The notes under the pieces: generated by a model | Told to the model about the DNA's origin: nothing | Seen by the model: only the letters and a program-made list of their open reading frames with translations | Database searches by the model: none | NCBI GenBank assembly: GCA_964450875.1 | Contig: CAYVHG010000082.1 | Coordinates: 1 to 41,667, forward strand | Reading direction: 5' to 3' | Length of the DNA stretch: 41,667 nucleotides | DNA from: an uncultured Anaerolineaceae bacterium | GTDB taxonomy: Bacteria > Chloroflexota > Anaerolineae > Anaerolineales > DRMV01 | Part shown: piece after piece, positions 9,198 to 17,877 of the stretch | Layout: every line of letters starts with the position of its first letter | Numbering within the stretch: the stretch's first letter is position 1 | Translations under genes and position numbers: made by a program

Positions 9198-10790
9198 ATG
9201 ACCACCCGAAAAATCACCGACGATCTGCACGCCCTTTTGGCCGTGCTTCCCCCCGAAATTGCGCGCGCCGTCGAAGATGCCGACGACAGCGACAACTTGC
9301 TGGAAGTCATCCTCGACCTGGGGCGTGTGCCCACGGCGCGCTTTACCCACGGCGAAATCGTCTTGCGGGAAAGCGAAGTCACCCGCGAGGAAATCGACCA
9401 CGTGGTGGCGCGGGTGGGCGCTTTCGACGAGGACAACCGCGCCGGCATCGAGCGCACCCTGCACCGCATCGCAGCCATCCGTAACCGGCGCGGCGACGTC
9501 GTGGGCTTGACCTGCCGCGTCGGGCGCGCGGTTTACGGCACGGTAGATATCATCCAAGACCTCATCGAGAGCGGCAAGAGTGTGCTCTTGCTGGGCCGCC
9601 CCGGCGTAGGCAAGACCACCCTGTTGCGCGAAGCGGCGCGCATTTTGGCCGAGAAGAAGCGAGTGGTCATCGTCGACACTTCCAACGAAATCGGCGGCGA
9701 TGGCGACGTGCCGCATCCGGCGGTGGGGCGCGCTCGGCGAATGCAGGTGCCCATGCCCTCTTTGCAGCACGAAGTGATGATCGAAGCCGTCGAGAACCAC
9801 AACCCCGAAGTCATCGTCATCGACGAAATCGGCCGCGAGCTGGAAGCCCTGGCCGCGCGCACCATTGCCGAGCGGGGGGTGCAGCTCATCGCCACCGCCC
9901 ACGGCAACGCGCTGGAAAACCTGCTGCTCAACCCCACCCTCTCGGATCTGGTCGGCGGCATCGAATCGGTCACCCTTTCCGACGAGGAAGCCCGCCGCCG
10001 AGGCACCCAAAAAACCGTGCTGGAACGCCGCTCGCCGCCCACCTTCGACATTTTGGTGGAAATCCAAGACCGCGATCGGCTGCTGGTGCACAAAGATGTC
10101 GCCGAAGCGGTCGACGCCCTGCTGCGCGGTGCCCCGCTGCGGGCGGAATTGCGTTCCCGCGACGAAGACGGCGAAATTCACATCGAAGAGGTGACCCTCA
10201 AGCAGGAAAACGCCCGCGACCGTCGGGGGCCTAAACGGCGGGGCGTGCCTTCGTTTGGCAGCGACGCCGAGGCTGAAGAAGAGGAACGCTACACCCAGCC
10301 AGCCATGCAGGGCGGGCGGGGGTTGCGCCCCATCCGCATCTACCCTCACGGCGTGGCGCGCAACCGGCTGCGCAAGGCGGCGCAATACCTTCACGTGCCG
10401 GCGCGGGTGGTTGACAACCTCGGCGAGGCCCAGGTGTTGGTCACGCTGCGTTCCTACTACCGCAAGCGCCCGCGGGTCATCGTAGATGCCGAGAACCGCG
10501 GCCTGCCCATCCATGTGCTGCGTTCCAACACGGTCAAGCAGATGGAAGCCTTTTTGGAAAACCTCTTCCACCTGGAAGCCCGCGCCGACAGCATGACCAT
10601 CGACCAGATTTTGGCCGAAACGCAGGCTGCAATCGAGGCGGTGCTGGAAGGCGCCGACTGGGTCGATTTGACCCCCGCCCCCGCCGACATCCGCCGCTTG
10701 CAGCACCGCCTGGCCGAGGAAGCCCACCTCGCTTCCCGCTCCTATGGCCGCGAGCCCTTCCGCCGAGTGCGGATTACGCGGGAAGGGTGA
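9198..10790 (+). CDS. SpoIIIAA/Ycf45-like P-loop ATPase with C-terminal R3H domain
   Basis: Walker A GRPGVGKTTLLRE, Walker B ...EVIVIDEIG..., then ...ATAHG... as in SpoIIIAA/Ycf45. C-terminal ...IRRLQHRLAEE...SYGREPFRRVRI is an R3H-type nucleic-acid-binding tail. Start at ATG 9198 (MTTRKITDD...), not the track's 9015. Confidence 0.85.
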   Translation: MTTRKITDDLHALLAVLPPEIARAVEDADDSDNLLEVILDLGRVPTARFTHGEIVLRESEVTREEIDHVVARVGAFDEDNRAGIERTLHRIAAIRNRRGDVVGLTCRVGRAVYGTVDIIQDLIESGKSVLLLGRPGVGKTTLLREAARILAEKKRVVIVDTSNEIGGDGDVPHPAVGRARRMQVPMPSLQHEVMIEAVENHNPEVIVIDEIGRELEALAARTIAERGVQLIATAHGNALENLLLNPTLSDLVGGIESVTLSDEEARRRGTQKTVLERRSPPTFDILVEIQDRDRLLVHKDVAEAVDALLRGAPLRAELRSRDEDGEIHIEEVTLKQENARDRRGPKRRGVPSFGSDAEAEEEERYTQPAMQGGRGLRPIRIYPHGVARNRLRKAAQYLHVPARVVDNLGEAQVLVTLRSYYRKRPRVIVDAENRGLPIHVLRSNTVKQMEAFLENLFHLEARADSMTIDQILAETQAAIEAVLEGADWVDLTPAPADIRRLQHRLAEEAHLASRSYGREPFRRVRITREG

Positions 10791-10791
10791 C

Positions 10792-11436
10792 ATGACGCGG
10801 GGGCTATTCATCACTTTCGAAGGGCCGGAAGGCGGCGGAAAGAGCACCCAAGCGCGCTGGCTGGCCGAGTTCTTGGAGCAGCAGGGGCACACGGTAGTGC
10901 TGACCCGTGAACCCGGCGGCACTCCCATCGGCGACCAGATCCGCCATATTTTGCTCCACCCCGCCAACCAGGCCATGCACCGCCGCACCGAGGTGCTGCT
11001 CTTCCAGGCTTCGCGGGCTCAGCACGTCGAAGACGTCATCCGCCCGGCGCTCAGGGCGGGCAAAATCGTCATCTGCGACCGTTACGCCGACTCCACCCTG
11101 GCTTACCAGGGCTACGGCCGCGGCGAAGACGTGGCCAAACTGCGCTGGCTAATCGAATATGCTACGGGCGGGCTGTGGCCCGACCTGACGCTGTGGCTCG
11201 ATTTGCCCGTGGAAGTGGGGCTGGCGCGCATTGCTCCCGAGCGGCGCAACCGCCTCGACGCGGAGCTCTTGGCCTTCCACCGCAAGGTGCACGCTGGCTA
11301 TGCTCGCCTGGCCGCCGCGGAACCGCACCGCTGGGAGCGAATTGCCGCCGACCGCTCGGCAGAAGAGGTGCAGGCTGCGGTGCGGGCGGCCGTGCTGCGG
11401 CGCCTCGCCCCGCCCGCCGCTGCCGACCGCGCATAG
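10792..11436 (+). CDS. tmk: Thymidylate kinase
   Basis: MTRGLFITFEGPEGGGKSTQ...LTREPGGTP.G..IR...DRY.DST.AYQG... Start ATG 10792 lies 1 nt after the upstream TGA. Confidence 0.95.
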   Translation: MTRGLFITFEGPEGGGKSTQARWLAEFLEQQGHTVVLTREPGGTPIGDQIRHILLHPANQAMHRRTEVLLFQASRAQHVEDVIRPALRAGKIVICDRYADSTLAYQGYGRGEDVAKLRWLIEYATGGLWPDLTLWLDLPVEVGLARIAPERRNRLDAELLAFHRKVHAGYARLAAAEPHRWERIAADRSAEEVQAAVRAAVLRRLAPPAAADRA

Positions 11437-11497
11437 CCCCTTTCGAGGGGCGCTGGGCCGCTGTTTGTCCGCCATCCTTCCTTCTTGAGAGGTGCTT

Positions 11498-12127
11498 ATG
11501 ACTGCCTCGCCGCAATTCGTGGGGCGTGTGTTGGAGGCTTCGGCCACCGCTTTCCTGGTAGGCTGCCGAGTGCCGCAGCTGCAAGAGAGCCATTTGGCAT
11601 TCGGCGCGCTGGTGCGTGTGGCGCCTTCCGCTTCCGAAGCCCCCGCGACCCCTGAAATCTTTGGCATCATCTCCGAAATTCGCCTGCCGGGCGACAACCT
11701 GGTGCGGCAGTTGACCATTGCGCCCGAACTTCCGCCCAGCATCCACGCCGACCAGCACCAGCGCAACCTGCCGGTGGAAATCGGTGTGCTTTCGTTGGGC
11801 TACCGCACGCCCGAGGGGCGCATCGTGCACCTGCTGCCGCCGCGGCCGCCGCTGACCCTTGCCAACCTTTACCTCTGCTCGCCCGCCGAGGTGCGGGAAT
11901 TCACCAGCGCCGGCCGGCTGGGATATTTCCGGCACATCCTGCGCGCCGACGTGCCCGCCGATGAGCTGCTGGCCGTGCATTTTCGCCAGGCGCGGGAAGC
12001 CCACGCCGAGGCAGGCGGTGATGCCGAGTGGGTGGCGCGGGCGACCCGGCACCTGATTACCCTCTTGCGCGACGATTACGACCGCCTCAGCAGCGTGCTG
12101 GACGCGCTGGGCGAAGTCGTGGCTTGA
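11498..12127 (+). CDS. Hypothetical protein; N-terminal half resembles a HAS (HerA/ATP-synthase) beta-barrel, with no ATPase domain
   Basis: 209 aa from ATG 11498 (GAGAGG 5 nt upstream). The pattern FVGRVLEASATAFLVGC...FGALVRV...IFGIISEI...VEIGVLSLGY...PPRPPLTLANLYLCSPAEVREF parallels the N-terminal barrel-plus-linker of HerA. The C-terminal ~70 aa are helical. The domain call is tentative. Confidence 0.7.
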   Translation: MTASPQFVGRVLEASATAFLVGCRVPQLQESHLAFGALVRVAPSASEAPATPEIFGIISEIRLPGDNLVRQLTIAPELPPSIHADQHQRNLPVEIGVLSLGYRTPEGRIVHLLPPRPPLTLANLYLCSPAEVREFTSAGRLGYFRHILRADVPADELLAVHFRQAREAHAEAGGDAEWVARATRHLITLLRDDYDRLSSVLDALGEVVA

Positions 12128-12135
12128 GGGCGGCC

Positions 12136-13470
12136 ATGCGGGCGCGCTACGTTTTCCCGCCGGGCTTCTTGTGGGGAACGGCCACGGCTGCCCATCAGGT
12201 CGAGGGTGGCAATACCCGCAACACCTGGCACGCGTGGGAGCAGGCGGGCCGCGTGCTGGAAGGCCAGCGCGCCGGGAGGGCTTGCGATTGGTGGAGCGGC
12301 CGCTGGCGCGAAGATTTCGACCGCGCCGCCGAGGCCGGCCAGAACGCCCACCGCCTTTCGGTAGAGTGGAGCCGCATCCAGCCGACACCCGACCGCTGGG
12401 ACGAGGACGCGCTCGAACACTACCGCCAGATGGTGCGCGGCTTGCGCGAACGGGGGATGACGCCTTTCGTCACCTTGCACCACTTCACCGACCCGCTCTG
12501 GCTGGCCGAAATGGGGGGGTGGGAAAACCCCGAAGCCCCGCAATTTTTTGCCCGCTTTGTCGCCCGCGTGGTAGAAGCCTTGAAGGCTTACGTTGCCGAT
12601 TGGTGCACCATCAACGAGCCGAACGTCTATACGGCGCTGGGCTACATCGAAGGCATCTTTCCCCCCGGCAAGCAAGACGTGCGCCTGGCGTTGCAGGTGG
12701 CCGAGCATTTGGCTTTGGGGCACGCCGCGGCTTATGAAACCATCCACCGCCTGCAGCCGGAAGCCCAGGTGGGGCTGGTGCTTTACTATCGTCCCATGGC
12801 GCCTGCCCGCCGCTGGTTTCCCCCTGATGTGGCCGTGGCGCGGCTCCAGCACCGTTGGTTCAACCATTACTTTGCCTGGGCGGCCGGTCTGGGAAGGCGT
12901 TTGTGGCCGGCGGGCAGCCGCCGCGACCGCCGCCTGGGCCCCTCGCTGGATTTCTTCGGCTTGAATTACTACACCTCCGACCGCGTGGCCTTTGCCCCCC
13001 GCCAGCCCGGCTACGCGCGGCGCGCCTTCCCGCCGGAAGCCCCCCTCAGCGAGCACGGCGATATTGCCCACGTGCCCGAAGGAATGCTCCGCGGCATCCG
13101 CTGGGCAAAGCGGTTTGGTGTTCCCGTGGTGGTGACCGAGAACGGTGTGGAAGATGGCGAGGACGCGCTGCGCCCCCGCTACCTCGCCGAGCACCTTTTG
13201 CAGGTGTGGCGGGCTTCGAACCTCTACTGGCCGGTCAAGGGCTATTTCCATTGGACCTTGGTGGACAATTTCGAGTGGGACCGCGGTTGGACGCGGCGTT
13301 TTGGCCTTTGGGCGCTGGAGCGGGAAAGTCAGCGGCGCACGCCCCGCCCCAGCGCAGCCCTCTATGCCGCGATTTGCCGCGCCAACGCCCTCGACACGGA
13401 AGACGTCGCCCGCTATGCGCCCCAGGCTCTGCCGGCTCTGCTGCCGGGGAGCGAAAATCCCCTCGCCTGA
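12136..13470 (+). CDS. Glycoside hydrolase family 1 beta-glucosidase
   Basis: FLWGTATAAHQVEGG..., acid/base TINEPNVY, nucleophile VVVTENGVEDG, ...YFHWTLVDNFEW..G...RFGL. Start at ATG 12136 (MRARYVFPPGF...). Confidence 0.93.
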   Translation: MRARYVFPPGFLWGTATAAHQVEGGNTRNTWHAWEQAGRVLEGQRAGRACDWWSGRWREDFDRAAEAGQNAHRLSVEWSRIQPTPDRWDEDALEHYRQMVRGLRERGMTPFVTLHHFTDPLWLAEMGGWENPEAPQFFARFVARVVEALKAYVADWCTINEPNVYTALGYIEGIFPPGKQDVRLALQVAEHLALGHAAAYETIHRLQPEAQVGLVLYYRPMAPARRWFPPDVAVARLQHRWFNHYFAWAAGLGRRLWPAGSRRDRRLGPSLDFFGLNYYTSDRVAFAPRQPGYARRAFPPEAPLSEHGDIAHVPEGMLRGIRWAKRFGVPVVVTENGVEDGEDALRPRYLAEHLLQVWRASNLYWPVKGYFHWTLVDNFEWDRGWTRRFGLWALERESQRRTPRPSAALYAAICRANALDTEDVARYAPQALPALLPGSENPLA

Positions 13471-13500
13471 GCGCTTTTCCGACCTTTCGAGGAGGCTGCC

Positions 13501-15933
13501 ATGACCCCCGTTTCTTTTGGCCGTGAACTCACCGTAGCCGACCTTTACCGCCCGACCGACCCGCGTGTGGTGGGAGCGGAAAGCACTGCTGCGCTGCCGC
13601 CGCTGGAAGGTGTGGTCGGGCAGCCGCGGGCTTTCCGAGCCCTGGAACTTGGCACCTCCGTGCGCGGCGAGGGTTTCAATATCTTCGTCCTCGGTTTGCC
13701 TTCCAGCGGGCGCACCACCCTGGTGCAAGATTACCTCGCCCGCAAGGCTGCCGACATGCCTACGCCCGACGACTTGTGCTACCTTCACAATTTCGAAGCC
13801 CCCGACCATCCGCACATGTTGCGGCTGCCAGCCGGGCAAGGCAGCCGCCTGCGCGCCGCTTTGGAAGATTTCGTCGCCACGGTGCGGCAGGAAATGCGGC
13901 GGGCTTTCTCGGCCGATGCTTATCGCCGCGAGCGCGACCGCTTGGCTACGCAACTGCAAAAGCAGCAGGAAGACGCCCTCACCCAGCTGCAGATCAAGGC
14001 TTCTAAGCTCAACTTCGCCATCGTGCAAACGCCTTTCGGCCTTGCGTTGGTGCCTGCGGTGGAAGGCAAGCCGCTTTCGCCCGAGGAATTGGAAAAGCTG
14101 GATGAGGGGAAGAAAGCCAAGCTCGAGAAAATCCGCGCGGCGCTGCAGGGCGAGGTCGAGAAGACTTTGGAGCGCCTTCGTCAGATGGAGCAGGAAGCCC
14201 GCGAGCGGCTGGCGGAGCTCAACCGCCGTACCACCGAATTCGTGGTGGGGCATTTGGTCGAGAAGCTCAAAGCCGAATTCCCCTACCCGGGCGTCGCCGA
14301 GCACCTGGACGCCGTGCGAAACGACATCGTTGCCAATGCTCAACGCTTTCTCAAAGACGACGAGAACGACGGCCCGGCGTGGGAAATGTGGGCGCGGCGC
14401 TATCGCGTCAACGTCTTGGTCGACAACGGCGGTCAGAAAGGCGCGCCGGTGGTGTTGGAGACCCACCCCTCGTATTACAACCTGCTGGGGCGCATCGAGC
14501 ATGAAGTGATCATGGGCGCTACCCGCACCGACCACACGCTGATCCGCCCCGGCGCACTGCACCGCGCCAACGGCGGCTTCCTGCTGTTGCCGATTTACGA
14601 CCTGTTGGTGCACCCCTACGCTTGGGATGGCCTCAAGCGCGCCTTGCATACCGGCAAAATCCGCATTCTGGAACTCGGCGCACAGATGGGGTGGGTGAGC
14701 ACGGTCACGCTGGACCCCGAACCCGTGCCCCTGGCGCTCAAAGTCGTGCTCATTGGCACGCCCATGATGTATTACCTGCTGCGGGCCTACGACGAAGATT
14801 TTGGCCGCCTGTTCAAGGTGCGGGCCGAATTTGCCGACACCATGCCCCGCACCGAAGCCAGCGAGCGGGAATATGCCCTCTTCGTCCGCACGGTGGTCGA
14901 GCGGGAAGGGTTGCCTCATTTCCGCAGCGACGCGGTAGCGCGCATCATCGAGCACGGCGCACGCCTGGCGGAAGACCAAACCAAGCTCTCGACCCGTTTT
15001 GGCCACATCGTCGATTTGCTCCACGAGGCGGCCTATTGGGCCCAGCAGGCAGGGCGCGCCCAGGTTGCCGCTGAGGATGTCTCTCGTGCGATCCGCGAGC
15101 AGGTGTATCGCGCCAACCTGCTGGAAGAGCGCATTCAGGAAGAAATTGCCCACGGCGTGTTGCTCATCGATGTGGAAGGCAAGGCGGTGGGGCGCATCAA
15201 CGCTCTTTCGGTGGTCATGTTGGGCGACTACGCTTTTGGCCACCCAACGCGCGTCAGCGCGACGGCTTACCCCTCGCGGGAAGGCGACGTCATGGACATC
15301 GAGCGCCGTGCCGAGCTTGGCGGTCCGATTCACACCAAGGGCGTGCTCATTTTGGGCGGCTTTTTGGGTTGGCGTTATGGCCGTCGGCATCCCCTCAACC
15401 TTTCGGCGCGGCTGACGTTCGAGCAGTCTTATGGCGGCGTGGAAGGTGATAGCGCTTCGGCGGCCGAGTTGATCGCCTTGCTTTCCGCCATCGGGCAGGT
15501 GCCTCTGCGGCAAGACCGCGCGATTACGGGTTCCATCAACCAACACGGCCAAATTCAGGCCATCGGCGGCGTCAACGAGAAAATCGAGGGCTTTTTTGCC
15601 ACTTGCAAGGCCAAAGGGCTCACCGGCGAACAGGGGGTGATCATTCCCGAGGCCAACGTGCGCCATTTGATGTTGCGCGAGGAAGTGCGGCAGGCGGTGG
15701 AAGCCGGGCGTTTTCACGTTTGGGCTGTGCGCACGGTGGATGAAGCCATTGCTCTCTTGACCGATATGCCCGCCGGTGAGGCAGATGCGGAAGGCAATTT
15801 CCCCGAGGGCACCTTCAACCGCGCCGTGCAGGATGGCTTGGAAGCCTTTGCCGACGCGTTGAAGCGTGAAGACGGCGAGGAGGATGACGACGAAGAGGAT
15901 GCGCCGACGCCGCCTTCCAAGGACGATGAGTAA
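13501..15933 (+). CDS. Lon-like protease, LonC-type (degenerate AAA-like module plus S16 Lon proteolytic domain)
   Basis: 810 aa, GGAGG RBS at 13491-13495. P-loop reads GLPSSGRTT (Arg in place of the Walker-A Lys). Long charged coiled-coil insertion (...QLQKQQEDALTQLQ...KLEKIRAALQGEVEKTLERLRQMEQEARERLAELNRR...). Lon catalytic Ser context ...GVEGDSASAAELIALLSA... and Lys context ...IGGVNEKIEGFF... Confidence 0.9.
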   Translation: MTPVSFGRELTVADLYRPTDPRVVGAESTAALPPLEGVVGQPRAFRALELGTSVRGEGFNIFVLGLPSSGRTTLVQDYLARKAADMPTPDDLCYLHNFEAPDHPHMLRLPAGQGSRLRAALEDFVATVRQEMRRAFSADAYRRERDRLATQLQKQQEDALTQLQIKASKLNFAIVQTPFGLALVPAVEGKPLSPEELEKLDEGKKAKLEKIRAALQGEVEKTLERLRQMEQEARERLAELNRRTTEFVVGHLVEKLKAEFPYPGVAEHLDAVRNDIVANAQRFLKDDENDGPAWEMWARRYRVNVLVDNGGQKGAPVVLETHPSYYNLLGRIEHEVIMGATRTDHTLIRPGALHRANGGFLLLPIYDLLVHPYAWDGLKRALHTGKIRILELGAQMGWVSTVTLDPEPVPLALKVVLIGTPMMYYLLRAYDEDFGRLFKVRAEFADTMPRTEASEREYALFVRTVVEREGLPHFRSDAVARIIEHGARLAEDQTKLSTRFGHIVDLLHEAAYWAQQAGRAQVAAEDVSRAIREQVYRANLLEERIQEEIAHGVLLIDVEGKAVGRINALSVVMLGDYAFGHPTRVSATAYPSREGDVMDIERRAELGGPIHTKGVLILGGFLGWRYGRRHPLNLSARLTFEQSYGGVEGDSASAAELIALLSAIGQVPLRQDRAITGSINQHGQIQAIGGVNEKIEGFFATCKAKGLTGEQGVIIPEANVRHLMLREEVRQAVEAGRFHVWAVRTVDEAIALLTDMPAGEADAEGNFPEGTFNRAVQDGLEAFADALKREDGEEDDDEEDAPTPPSKDDE

Positions 15934-15984
15934 GGGCTTCCTCTGCGCTTGCCGAGAACCAGGCGCGTTTCCCCCGCCAATTCG

Positions 15985-15993
15985 TGCTAAAAT
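15985..15993 (+). promoter_or_regulatory. Possible extended -10 (TGcTAAAAT) placed at leaderless distance from ATG 16000
   Basis: TGCTAAAAT at 15985-15993. Six nt (GAGGCC) separate it from the ATG at 16000, so a TSS 7 nt downstream would be the A of the start codon. The GAGG 2 nt before the ATG is too close to act as a normal SD. Confidence 0.4.
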
Positions 15994-15999
15994 GAGGCC

Positions 16000-17877
16000 A
16001 TGCGCAAAATTTTCCTCTGGCTGGCCGTTGGGCTGATGGCCGCGGTGACCGCAGCGCGGGCGACCGCCGCGCAGCCCCAGGCTTGGATTGCCGTCTTTGG
16101 CCTCGATACCGCCGATTTCCCGCGGGTGAGTGCTTGGGTCGAGGCTTGGGATGCCCAAGGGCAGTTCATTGCCCACATTCGCCCCGCCGACGTCCAGGTG
16201 AGCGAAGATGGCCACCCGCGGGCTTTGGCGGCATGGCAAGAGCAGCAGCCCGGCGCCCAGGTGGTGATTGCGGTGGAAGCCGGACGCCCCCTCGGCGTTC
16301 GCGATGACCTCGGCGTCAGCCGTTACCAGTACATCTACAACCAGGTCCGCTCTTGGGCTGACCAACCCCACGACGTCCCTTACGACCTCAGTCTGGTGAC
16401 TTCCGACGGCACGCAGACGGCTCACCTGGCCGATTTCCCCGCTTTCGAGCAAGCGTTGGATGCCTACAAGCCCGACACGGAAGCCGACGAAACCGGCCTC
16501 AAGGCGCTTTCCGCCGGTTTGAAACTGGCGGTGGACCCCACGCCTCATCCCGGGATGGGGCGCGCCTTGTTGTGGATTACACCCCTGCCGACCAAGCAGG
16601 CCCTCGAAGATTTGCCGCAATATCTTTCCCTCGCACAGCAGTCGCGTGTGCGGGTGTATATCTGGTTGGTGGGGCCGCCGGCGTTGCAGCAGGACCCTGA
16701 AGCCCAGCAGTTGGCCGAGTTTGCTCACGACACTTTGGGACGGTTGTATTTCTTTTCCGGCGCCGAGACCTTGCCGCTGCTGAAGGACCTTTTCGCGCCC
16801 TTGACTCACATTTACCGCCTGACCTACATCAGCGAGGCTGTGCGGGGCGAGAGCCACACCCTGCGCTTGACCGTGCATACGCCGCAAGGCGAAACCCTTA
16901 CGGCCAAGCCGTTGAATTTTCACTTTGCGTTGAAGCCGCCTGAAGTGGCCTTGCTCGACCCGCCTCAGGAAATCACGCGCCTGTTACCGGAAGGCGAAAC
17001 CGACCCCGCGAAGCGCCGCCCGGCCGCGGTGACGGTGCGGGTGGGCGTGAGCTTTCCCGATGAGCATCCCCGCAGCCTGCAACGGGCAACGCTGCTGGTC
17101 GATGGAAAGCCCGTCGACGTGCGCACCGAGCCGCCTTATGATGCTTTGCGATGGGATTTGACGGCATACCAGCATGGAGGGGCGCACACCTTGCAGGCCG
17201 AGGTGGAGGATATGTACGGGCTGGTAGCCCGTAGCCAGCCGGTTACGGTGCAGATTTCGGTGCCGCAGCCTGCCACGACGCTGACGGTTACCTTGGCGGC
17301 TTATCGGCAGCCGTTGACCATTGCCATTGTGGTGTTGGCTGGGCTGGTGTTGCTTTCGGTGCTGTGGTGGGGCGGCCGACGGCGGCCGCGCCGGGCCGCG
17401 GCGTCCCCTGCAGCGCCTTCCCCGGCAGAGGCGCATGTGGCCCCTGGCGGCCGAGCCCGCTGGTTGTCTTGGGTGCCCCGACGGCAGGCTGCTGCGCCAG
17501 CCCCCGCGAGCCGCGCTTTGGCTTATTTGGTGCCTTTGGCCGCAACGGTGGCCGAGCTGCCGGAACTGACGACGCTGCGCATCGAAACCGCCGAGGTGAC
17601 CCTCGGCTCTGACCCTGCTCAAGCCGATGTGGTGATTTCCGACCCGTCGGTGGAGCCGCTGCACGCGCGGCTGTGGCGCACCGACGAAGGGGTTTTCTTC
17701 ATCGCCGACCAGCGCTCGGCTGCCGGCACGTGGGTGAATTACGCCCCGGTTTCGCCCGAGGGCGCCCGTGTGCAGGAGGGCGACTTGGTGCACCTGGGGC
17801 GGGTGGGTTTCCGCTTCCGCCTCAAGCCCGATGAGCCGGTGCAGGTGCGTATTCGCCCAACCTCGCCGAAAGCATAG
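16000..17877 (+). CDS. Type-I membrane protein: signal peptide, extracytoplasmic vWA-like domain (MIDAS-less) plus beta-rich domains, 1 TM, cytoplasmic FHA domain
   Basis: Signal peptide MRKIFLWLAVGLMAAVTAARATA. ...VVIAVEAGRPLG...DLSLVTSDG...ALLWITPLP...VRVYIWLVG... follows vWA strand order but lacks DxSxS. TM segment LTIAIVVLAGLVLLSVLWW followed by an RRRPRR stop-transfer. C-terminal FHA ...TLGSDPAQADVVISDPSVEPLHARLW...FIADQRSAAGTWVNY...LVHLGRVGFRF. Confidence 0.85.
   Translation: MRKIFLWLAVGLMAAVTAARATAAQPQAWIAVFGLDTADFPRVSAWVEAWDAQGQFIAHIRPADVQVSEDGHPRALAAWQEQQPGAQVVIAVEAGRPLGVRDDLGVSRYQYIYNQVRSWADQPHDVPYDLSLVTSDGTQTAHLADFPAFEQALDAYKPDTEADETGLKALSAGLKLAVDPTPHPGMGRALLWITPLPTKQALEDLPQYLSLAQQSRVRVYIWLVGPPALQQDPEAQQLAEFAHDTLGRLYFFSGAETLPLLKDLFAPLTHIYRLTYISEAVRGESHTLRLTVHTPQGETLTAKPLNFHFALKPPEVALLDPPQEITRLLPEGETDPAKRRPAAVTVRVGVSFPDEHPRSLQRATLLVDGKPVDVRTEPPYDALRWDLTAYQHGGAHTLQAEVEDMYGLVARSQPVTVQISVPQPATTLTVTLAAYRQPLTIAIVVLAGLVLLSVLWWGGRRRPRRAAASPAAPSPAEAHVAPGGRARWLSWVPRRQAAAPAPASRALAYLVPLAATVAELPELTTLRIETAEVTLGSDPAQADVVISDPSVEPLHARLWRTDEGVFFIADQRSAAGTWVNYAPVSPEGARVQEGDLVHLGRVGFRFRLKPDEPVQVRIRPTSPKA

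Noticed and set aside
12076-16923. Giant 1615-aa minus-strand ORF spanning 4.8 kb
   Set aside because: It lies antisense to three recognisable plus-strand genes (GH1 glucosidase, Lon-like protease, FHA protein). Their start coordinates (12136, 13501, 16000) all share the same frame (coordinate mod 3 = 1). The antisense first codon position therefore pairs with sense third positions, which are almost always G/C here. T-initial stop codons are thus nearly absent. The translation is an Arg/Gly/Ala/Pro/His-rich low-information sequence with no motifs. This is a high-GC artefact.
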